A stretch of 64,000 nt of DNA from NCBI GenBank assembly GCA_903925275.1, contig CAIYES010000095.1, positions 11,225 through 75,224 on the forward strand, in the 5' to 3' direction. Source of the stretch: an uncultured Bacteroidales bacterium (GTDB taxonomy: Bacteria; Bacteroidota; Bacteroidia; Bacteroidales; FEN-979). Of the stretch, positions 57,370-64,000 are shown in pieces. The notes below the pieces were generated by a model. The model saw nothing but the letters and a program-made list of their open reading frames with translations, made no database searches and had not been told where the DNA came from. Each line of letters starts with the position of its first letter. Within the stretch, counting starts at the first letter, position 1. Made by a program: the position numbers and the translations under genes.

Positions 57370-58053
57370 ATGGAAATCATTCAAAACAACGAAAACCCTG
57401 ATCAATTGCCATTACCGGAACCAACAGTTTCTGGCGTGTATGGCTACAGTTGGAATATCCTGAAACAAAAATTCCCGGATCTTCTTTTGGTGCTGTTAGT
57501 TCAGATGCTTCTTTCTGTCCCCATGGGATTTACCAGTATGTTTTTCAACATACAGTATGTTGGCACATTCACCACAGGCTTGTTTAATCTTATTTATGGC
57601 GTGATTGTATTGATGCCGGTAAGTTATGGCACTTCGTGGGTATTTCTGAAAGCGGTGAAGGGCGAGCCATTCCGCGTGCAGGACATTTTCTTCGCGTATC
57701 AGTCATTTGCGAACATCCTTTTGGCCAATATCCTTGTTTTTTTAATTGTCGGGGCGGGGGTCGCAATGTTATTGGTACCGGGTATTATTTTTGCCTGCAA
57801 ACTCAGTTTCGTGCCCTACCTGGTGATGGAGGAAAAGATGGAGGCCGTGGAGGCCGTAAAGAAAAGCTGGAATATGACCAAAGGGTACACCGGGACCATT
57901 TTCCTGATGGGGGTTACAGCTTTCTTTGTTGGGCTTGGTGGTTTTATTTGTTTTTTCGTTGGTATTTTTCCTGCCTCGATCTGGATCAGCCTTTCGTTTG
58001 CAGCAATTTACATGGTTGTTGCCGCGAAAGTGAAGCCGGAAGCCGGAATATAA
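57370..58053 (+). CDS. Hypothetical integral membrane protein (about 5 TM)
   Basis: Hydrophobic helices throughout; no diagnostic motif recognized. Confidence 0.45.
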   Translation: MEIIQNNENPDQLPLPEPTVSGVYGYSWNILKQKFPDLLLVLLVQMLLSVPMGFTSMFFNIQYVGTFTTGLFNLIYGVIVLMPVSYGTSWVFLKAVKGEPFRVQDIFFAYQSFANILLANILVFLIVGAGVAMLLVPGIIFACKLSFVPYLVMEEKMEAVEAVKKSWNMTKGYTGTIFLMGVTAFFVGLGGFICFFVGIFPASIWISLSFAAIYMVVAAKVKPEAGI

Positions 58054-58141
58054 AAGAACAAGGCTGCGTCGGATCTTCTGAAACAGCCTCGTTTTTGCAT
58101 TGGTAACAAACAAACAACTATACTTGTTTTTCCTTCTTCAA

Positions 58142-60781
58142 TTAGTTTGATTTAACAAGTTGCATTTCAACCCTTCTATTCATTGCACGGTCTTTTTCTG
58201 AGCTATTGCTATTGAGCGGATCAGCCTTGCCCATACCATTGGTTTTTATTCGTTCCTTTGTCAGCCCAAATTTCTGAATGAGGATGTTCATAATTGCTTC
58301 AGCTCGTTTTTGGGAAAGTTTTATATTATGATTATCAGAACCGGTATTGTCGGAATATCCTGTAATAGTAAGATAAAATCCCCGGTTTTCGTTTAAAAAT
58401 TGACCTGCCTGGATTATCTCCTTCATGTAATTAGCGTCAATTTTATCAGATTCAGTAGAAAAGTAAATTTTATCAAATTTAATTGCAGCAGGCTCAATTT
58501 CTTTCTTTTGTGCAAGAACCTCTTGTGGTTTAACGATTTCATCTTTTACCAGCGTAAGCTCACTGATAAGGTTGGTTGCACCTGCATATTTGTCGATGAT
58601 AAAGAGTACGTAACGGATATCAACGTTGATGGTGCGTTGCATCTCGGGTTCGAACATGATGTCTCCGCTCATGGCTTCCCAGTTGCCATCGAATGCAAGT
58701 CCGATGAGCTGGCCGTTGCCATTGATGACCGGACTTCCGGAGTTACCTCCGGTGATGTCGTTGGTGGTAAGGAAGCAAACAACCATTTCGCCGTTTTCGC
58801 CATACTGACCATAATCCTTGGCCTGGAAGAGCTCTTTCAGTTTCTTTTCAACAATAAACTCATCATTTGTGGGATCTTCTTTTTGCATAACACCTTTCAG
58901 GGTGGTTACATAGTCGTAGTGAACTGCATCGGCAGGATAATAATCGAGCACACTGCCATAACTCATGCGCATCGTTGAATTTGCATCGGGGTATTTCACC
59001 AGGTTCGGGTTCATCTCACGCAAACCCGCAATGAACAAGCGGTTTGAAATGCCAAGGCTTGCTCTTTCAGTCATGTAATCGCCGGAACATTTGCCCATAG
59101 CCTCCTCCATTGATTTGGCAAGTTGCCAGCCAAGATCTTTTTTAAACACGTTCAGACTGGGTTTTTCGATGAAGGCTTTCGCTTTTTCAGGGGTTGCAAA
59201 AACAGAAGTTTCATACAGCGCATCGGCAAAGGCGGTAAAATCATTTTTATACTCTTTTTCGATGGTTGCAAAGATCGAAGGCAGGGCAGATTTAGTAACC
59301 TCCCATTTTCCCGTATTCGTTAATACGGAGTCAATTTGTGGAACATCTGCTGCATACATTCTGAGCATCTCAGCAAGCGTTTTTTTTGCTATGGCCAGGT
59401 CAAACTCCTTAAAATGTTTAGCAACAGCATCTTTTAACCCACTCTGGGCCTCTTTTACTGCAGCGTTGTTCTTCTTTTCAAGCGCAGCCTTGAGCCCGCC
59501 AAACTGGTTTGCAATTTTCACAACATCAAGTCCCATTCCTCCGAGGGTGGTATAAAAAAAGGGATTAGCGACTCTTCTTATGTTTGCATAGCTCGTTTGA
59601 AGGTTGTCAAGCACTTTTCCGTATTTTTTCTGCAAACCGGGATCTTTGCTGTACCAGGTTATGAATTCCTGTTCAATCACCTTTTTCTTATCTTCAACTT
59701 TATTTCGGACAAGCATCCTTGATTGACCAATGTAATTTTTCCAGGAATTGGCAATGTTTGCATAAGTGGCAGAATAGGCAATTTTTACAGCATTATCCTG
59801 GTCCATTCGTTCTTTCATAACCTCTAATTCTTTCCCAAAAAGTTTAATCAGGGCCGGGTAAAGCATCTGGAGGTTGTATTCGATGCCATACGAAGTAAGA
59901 TAACGGGTTGTTGTGCCCGGATAGCCCCAGATCATGGCAAAATCATTTTTCTTAATGCCATTCAGGCTGATCGGCAAGTGATAAGTTGATTTAAGCGGGA
60001 CATTCCTTTCCGAATACCTGGCAGGATTGCCCTCGGGATCGGTATAAACCCGCAGAATAGAAAAATCGCCGGTATGTCGCGGCCACATCCAGTTATCGGT
60101 ATCGCCGCCAAATTTTCCGATGGAAGAGGGGGGGGCACCAACCAGACGCACATCCTTGTAAGTTTTGAAAACGAACATGTAAAACTCATTCCCTCCATAA
60201 AACGGTTTAACAGCTACTTCAAATTTACCTCCTTCTTCGGCTCTTTTGCGGATCCGGGAGGATATTTCTTTTATTTTACCGGCACGATCTGATTCTTTTA
60301 TTGTTTCTGAAAGAAAGGGAATAATGGAATCGGTGACATTTTCGATACGCTGGAGAAATGAGGCACACATGTTTTCGTTGGATAACTCTTCGCCGAACGA
60401 CTTAGCCCAGAATCCGGTGGTAAGGTAGTCGTGGTCGGTCGAACTGTGACTTTGAACTGCGCCATATCCGCAATGATGATTGGTAAAGAGAAGTCCCTGG
60501 CCGGATACCAATTCGGCGGTGCAGAAGAAACCACCACCTCCTCCACCGTTGGAGAGACCTACAATGGCATCCTTCAGGCTGTTGTGGTTGATGCTGTATA
60601 ATTCTTCTGCAGTAAGGTGAAGTCCCATCTTTTGCATGTCGACATAATTCAGCCGTTCGAGCAAAATAGGTAACCACATACCCTCATCGGGAGGGTTTTC
60701 GGCATAACTGAATGATCCCGCTGAGATAAATAGTGCAAGCGCGATCAATAATAAGTTGAATTTTTTTGATACTGTTTTCAT
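58142..60781 (-). CDS. S46-family dipeptidyl-peptidase (DPP7/DPP11-like) fused to a C-terminal OmpA-like peptidoglycan-binding domain
   Basis: S46 hallmarks DEGMWLP, FTNHHCG (His) and TGGNSGSPV (Ser). The C-terminal ~120 aa carry TGYSDNTGSDNHNIKLSQKRAEA...NRRVE, an OmpA_C signature. Confidence 0.85.
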   Translation of the reverse strand: MKTVSKKFNLLLIALALFISAGSFSYAENPPDEGMWLPILLERLNYVDMQKMGLHLTAEELYSINHNSLKDAIVGLSNGGGGGGFFCTAELVSGQGLLFTNHHCGYGAVQSHSSTDHDYLTTGFWAKSFGEELSNENMCASFLQRIENVTDSIIPFLSETIKESDRAGKIKEISSRIRKRAEEGGKFEVAVKPFYGGNEFYMFVFKTYKDVRLVGAPPSSIGKFGGDTDNWMWPRHTGDFSILRVYTDPEGNPARYSERNVPLKSTYHLPISLNGIKKNDFAMIWGYPGTTTRYLTSYGIEYNLQMLYPALIKLFGKELEVMKERMDQDNAVKIAYSATYANIANSWKNYIGQSRMLVRNKVEDKKKVIEQEFITWYSKDPGLQKKYGKVLDNLQTSYANIRRVANPFFYTTLGGMGLDVVKIANQFGGLKAALEKKNNAAVKEAQSGLKDAVAKHFKEFDLAIAKKTLAEMLRMYAADVPQIDSVLTNTGKWEVTKSALPSIFATIEKEYKNDFTAFADALYETSVFATPEKAKAFIEKPSLNVFKKDLGWQLAKSMEEAMGKCSGDYMTERASLGISNRLFIAGLREMNPNLVKYPDANSTMRMSYGSVLDYYPADAVHYDYVTTLKGVMQKEDPTNDEFIVEKKLKELFQAKDYGQYGENGEMVVCFLTTNDITGGNSGSPVINGNGQLIGLAFDGNWEAMSGDIMFEPEMQRTINVDIRYVLFIIDKYAGATNLISELTLVKDEIVKPQEVLAQKKEIEPAAIKFDKIYFSTESDKIDANYMKEIIQAGQFLNENRGFYLTITGYSDNTGSDNHNIKLSQKRAEAIMNILIQKFGLTKERIKTNGMGKADPLNSNSSEKDRAMNRRVEMQLVKSN

Positions 60782-61192
60782 GGGGTGACATTGTTAGTTT
60801 GATTTATATCGTGATTCCTGATTTTCCCCGGATAAAAAAGTAATACAGCCCCTTTGTACAAATTTCGGATGAAATGACAAAGGGGAAGGTTATATGCAAT
60901 ATTAATGACATTTTCAGTGAAACCGTGTTTTTTTTGATTAATGGGGAATATTCTCGACGATCCGTTTCTTTTAGCAGGTAAAACAGGTTCGGATAGCTTT
61001 TCGTATCACCGAACCGATTCACCTTATCCCTGGACCCTTCGCCAAAAACAAGATGGGGAATTTACGCACCTGAAGGAGTGTGTGAGGTGAAGTGACCAGA
61101 AAAAACAGGGGATTTCATCCGGTTTTTCATGGCAAACGTCAAATAAAATTGACAATCCCGAAATCAATGTTCATTTTTGCAAAAAAACCGTC

Positions 61193-62245
61193 ATGATATT
61201 CAGCAACCTTTCTCACAAGAGCAAACGGAATTTTATTTTTCAGCAGCTTTTTTTCTGGCTGATCAGTGTTGTATTGTTTACTGTAGTGCTCATTTATACC
61301 AGGGGTGATTTTAATTTCTACAGCATCGATCTGCGGCTGACGATCAACATCCTTATTACCATAGGGTTTCTGGCAATCTCGGTGTACATCAACTTATTGT
61401 GGCTGATTCCGGTATTTTTCAATAAAAGAAGATTTTTCTTGTTTTTTCTCCTTGAACTTGCCAACATTCTCCTGTTCATTCTGCTAAATTATTTTGTAAC
61501 CTATTTTTTTGAAGGAGGGAATCATCCGAATTTTATAACCGAATTTGTTGCTGAATTCATTCTGATCCTGCTGTTTCTGATCGTATCAACCTTGCTGCAG
61601 GTAATGCGCGATTCAATCACATTGCAGGATGTAGAGCTGCGGATGAAGGAGGTACAAAAACAAAAGATTGAATCAGAACTCAGAGCGCTCAAAGCGCAGA
61701 TAAATCCTCATTTTTTATTCAACACTCTGAACAGCCTTTATTCCCTGAGTCTCGACAAATCGGAAAAAGCGCCTGAAATGATCCTGAAGCTTTCCGACCT
61801 GATGCGGTATGTTATTTACGAGTCGAATGACGACCTGGTACCGGTATCAAAACAATTGGAATTTCTTCAAAGTTATGTTTACCTGGAACGGTTGCGTGCC
61901 GATGAAAACCTTAAAATCGAGTTCGAAGTAAAGGGCAATAATTTTGAACTTAAAATCGCTCCGCTATTGTACATTGCATTTATTGAAAATGCATTTAAAC
62001 ATGGATCGAAAGCGAAAAGTGACAATCCTTTTATTCATATTGCATTTGATCTGGAACACCAAGACCGGATTGGTTTCTTCATTGAAAACAGGATGGACAC
62101 GTTTCATGAAAAAACACCTTCCGGCGGATTTGGGTTGTCTAATGTTAAAAAGCGGCTTGAATTGCTATATCCCGGCAGGTATATATTGAATATTCGTGAA
62201 ATATCATCTGTTTATCGGGCAGAATTAACTATTTTAGTCGCATGA
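61193..62245 (+). CDS. LytS/YehU-type sensor histidine kinase
   Basis: TM N-terminus, QINPHFLFNTLNSLYSL block and a C-terminal HATPase. Paralogous to 54251-55276. Confidence 0.85.
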   Translation: MIFSNLSHKSKRNFIFQQLFFWLISVVLFTVVLIYTRGDFNFYSIDLRLTINILITIGFLAISVYINLLWLIPVFFNKRRFFLFFLLELANILLFILLNYFVTYFFEGGNHPNFITEFVAEFILILLFLIVSTLLQVMRDSITLQDVELRMKEVQKQKIESELRALKAQINPHFLFNTLNSLYSLSLDKSEKAPEMILKLSDLMRYVIYESNDDLVPVSKQLEFLQSYVYLERLRADENLKIEFEVKGNNFELKIAPLLYIAFIENAFKHGSKAKSDNPFIHIAFDLEHQDRIGFFIENRMDTFHEKTPSGGFGLSNVKKRLELLYPGRYILNIREISSVYRAELTILVA

Positions 62246-62958
62246 ACATCCGGTGTTTAATAATCGATGATGAACCGCTTGCACAGCGTGTCATTGAAAA
62301 GTATACTGAGAATATTCCGTTTCTCGAGATCGTCGGGAAATGCAGCAATGCGGTTGAAGCCATTGAAGTGCTGCATAACCGGGAGGTTGATCTTTTATTC
62401 CTGGATATCAACATGCCAAGGCTTAATGGCATGGACTTTCTTAAAACCCTGAAAAACCCGCCATTGGTCATCATTACCACGGCCTATGCTGAATATGCCA
62501 TCCAGGGGTATGAGCTTGATGTAGTTGATTATCTGATGAAACCGTTTGCTTTTGACCGGTTTTACAAGGCCATCCAGAAAGTCGAAGAGATGATAAAAGG
62601 GAGGGAAATACCCCAAACCGAAGCCAAAGAGGCAACCAGACAGGAAGAGACCTTCATTTTTGTCAAATCAAGTAAAAAAACCTATAAGGTCAACCTGGAT
62701 GAAATCCTTTACATTGAAGCTTTGGGAGATTATGTAAAGATATACACCACAGAGAAAATGATTATCAGCTACCAGTCGCTGAAGAATATTGAATCACTCC
62801 TGCCGGCCTCCTCTTTCCCGCGGATTCATAAATCATTTATCATAGCCTTGTCGCGTATTGATCTGATCGAGGGGAATCACGTAAAGATCAAAGACCGGCA
62901 GATTCCGATCGGCACTAATTTTAAATCTGAATTTGAGAGGCTTATTAAATCTATTTAA
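62242..62958 (+). CDS. LytTR-family response regulator
   Basis: Receiver domain (IIDDEP, DLLFLDINMP, KPF) plus LytTR domain (ILYIEALGDYVKIYT, RIHKSF). It overlaps the kinase stop by 4 nt. Confidence 0.9.
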   Translation: MNIRCLIIDDEPLAQRVIEKYTENIPFLEIVGKCSNAVEAIEVLHNREVDLLFLDINMPRLNGMDFLKTLKNPPLVIITTAYAEYAIQGYELDVVDYLMKPFAFDRFYKAIQKVEEMIKGREIPQTEAKEATRQEETFIFVKSSKKTYKVNLDEILYIEALGDYVKIYTTEKMIISYQSLKNIESLLPASSFPRIHKSFIIALSRIDLIEGNHVKIKDRQIPIGTNFKSEFERLIKSI

Positions 62959-63083
62959 TGCAGGCCATGCAAACAATGCAGGCAATGCAGGCAATGCAAA
63001 CAATGCAGGCAATGCAAACAATGCAGGCAATGCAGGCAATGCAAACAATGCAGGCAATGCAAACAATGCAGGCAATGCAGGCA
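62958..63083. repeat. 9-bp tandem array, 14 units (ATGCAGGCA / ATGCAAACA), beginning at the response-regulator stop codon (TAATG)
   Basis: Counted directly. Higher-order 45-nt periodicity (units A G G A G). It is open on the plus strand as MQAMQTMQAMQA...I, with the stop at 63087-63089. Confidence 0.95.
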
Positions 63084-63111
63084 ATTTAAATTATGCAGGA
63101 ATGTATTAATT

Positions 63112-63139
63112 ATTGCCTATTGCCTACTGCCTACTGCCT
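63112..63139. repeat. 7-bp tandem array, 4 units (ATTGCCT / ACTGCCT), partly complementary to the preceding 9-mer array
   Basis: Read directly. The reverse complement AGGCAAT is contained in the GCAGGCAAT unit. Confidence 0.85.
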
Positions 63140-63142
63140 GAA

Positions 63143-63814
63143 TTAAGGCACCTTTAAGGAGATCCCTCTGAAAAACTCTAGGAGGGAGCCTGAGATAAAA
63201 AACACCCCGATGATCATAAACAGGAGGCCAACGATCCGGTTCATCCATAATTTTACCTGAGGATTACCGGCAATTTTGATCTTGGTGGCCAGAACGACTT
63301 TAAGAATATCAGTCATCAGAATAACGGACAAGGTCCCGATAAAAAAAAGTGCTACAGCCTTCTGATTTCCGCCATAAGTGGCATTGATGGCAAGCATCGA
63401 AGTAATCCAGAACACCCAGAGAAATGGATTGGCGAAATTCAGCACAAACCCTTTAAAAAAATAGGGCATCCGGCCGTTTTTCTTTACTTTGATCTCGCTG
63501 ATTGCCTCGACCTGCTCGGTCATGGGAACCTTTTTAAAAAAGGTATATACTCCGTAAATAGTCATTACAATGCCACCGATTATTCCAAGTATCAGGTGAT
63601 ATTTAGGATTGGTGACGATTGCAGAGGCGCCGAAGTAGAACCCTACCACAAGGGCCAGGTCGCTGGTAAATATTCCGGCGGCAAGGAATATCCCGGTTTT
63701 TATCCCGTGCTTGATGCTTGTCTGAAGCAATGCAAACAACGCGGGCCCGATTGAAATGGCAACTGTCAGCCCCAGGATAATGCCTTCAAATAAGGGATGT
63801 AAAATCGAACTCAA
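63143..63814 (-). CDS. LysE/RhtB-family amino-acid exporter
   Basis: 223 aa with 6 TM helices and an N-terminal pattern GLTVAISIGPALFALLQTS typical of the LysE family. TTG start. Confidence 0.8.
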   Translation of the reverse strand: MSSILHPLFEGIILGLTVAISIGPALFALLQTSIKHGIKTGIFLAAGIFTSDLALVVGFYFGASAIVTNPKYHLILGIIGGIVMTIYGVYTFFKKVPMTEQVEAISEIKVKKNGRMPYFFKGFVLNFANPFLWVFWITSMLAINATYGGNQKAVALFFIGTLSVILMTDILKVVLATKIKIAGNPQVKLWMNRIVGLLFMIIGVFFISGSLLEFFRGISLKVP

Positions 63815-64000
63815 TTATGTTTATGTGTTTTGCAGGTTCTTATATGCTCTTCCCATCGGTCCAGCTGATTATTTTTAAGTACCCGGGGAAATTTATGTGC
63901 CCCCCCCTCTTTTCCACGGGACTTCATCCAATCGTGAAATACGTGCAAAGGTAATACTTCCGCCGATACGTTTTTAATGGCTTCTATGCGTTCAACCCTG
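63811..64000 (-). CDS. 3' end of an unidentified ORF running off the window edge
   Basis: Hand translation gives ...RVERIEAIKNVSAEVLPLHVFHDWMKSRGKEGGAHKFPRVLKNNQLDRWEEHIRTCKTHKHN, with a TGA stop overlapping the lysE-like start. The ORF contains a C8/G8 homopolymer. Confidence 0.3.
   Translation of the reverse strand, partial: RVERIEAIKNVSAEVLPLHVFHDWMKSRGKEGGAHKFPRVLKNNQLDRWEEHIRTCKTHKHN

Noticed and set aside
62833-63084. An 83-aa minus-strand ORF (PALPALFALPALFA...).
   Set aside because: It is a translation artefact of the 9-bp array and overlaps the 3' end of the LytTR regulator gene. No independent support.

Overview
This 64 kb window looks like chromosomal DNA from a Bacteroidota-type organism, probably an anaerobe or facultative anaerobe. 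Supporting signs are a GldH-like lipoprotein, an S46 dipeptidyl-peptidase, Fib_succ_major-type surface repeats, TAnnTTTG-like -7 boxes and Na+-pumping biotin decarboxylase subunits. Most of the window is densely packed housekeeping genes: udk, purH, mreBCD, folB, glnS, gltX, ybeY, mnmG, asd, rnr, tRNA-Cys and tRNA-Gln. I found no rRNA, CRISPR array, transposase, integrase or phage genes.

Four things stand out.
1. A ~9.4 kb block of ten co-oriented minus-strand genes (27131-36525). It is headed by a Crp/Fnr regulator and encodes four c-type cytochromes with 14-15 heme motifs in total. One of these is a lipoprotein with a collagen-like GXY stalk. The block also encodes an outer-membrane beta-barrel and a quinone module (cytochrome b, TAT-exported 4Fe-4S protein, NrfD-like subunit), but no recognizable terminal reductase or oxidase. 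It abuts a 5'-truncated ribF. This is my best candidate for an undescribed system, possibly a conduit carrying electrons from the quinone pool to the cell surface.
2. A dispersed family of perfect 7-, 8- and 9-bp tandem repeat arrays sits at gene boundaries (6239, 37662, 37891, 42962, 62958, 63112). One array encodes the hydrophobic core of a signal peptide. Another forms a possible (MQA/MQT)n mini-ORF.
3. A 2076-aa modular surface protein carries five Fib_succ_major-like domains and many Fn3-like modules.
4. An S46 peptidase is fused to an OmpA-like C-terminal domain.

Two genes are interrupted by single-base frameshifts at short homopolymer runs, which could be sequencing errors. All functional calls rest on motif and family recognition by eye; no database searches were run.
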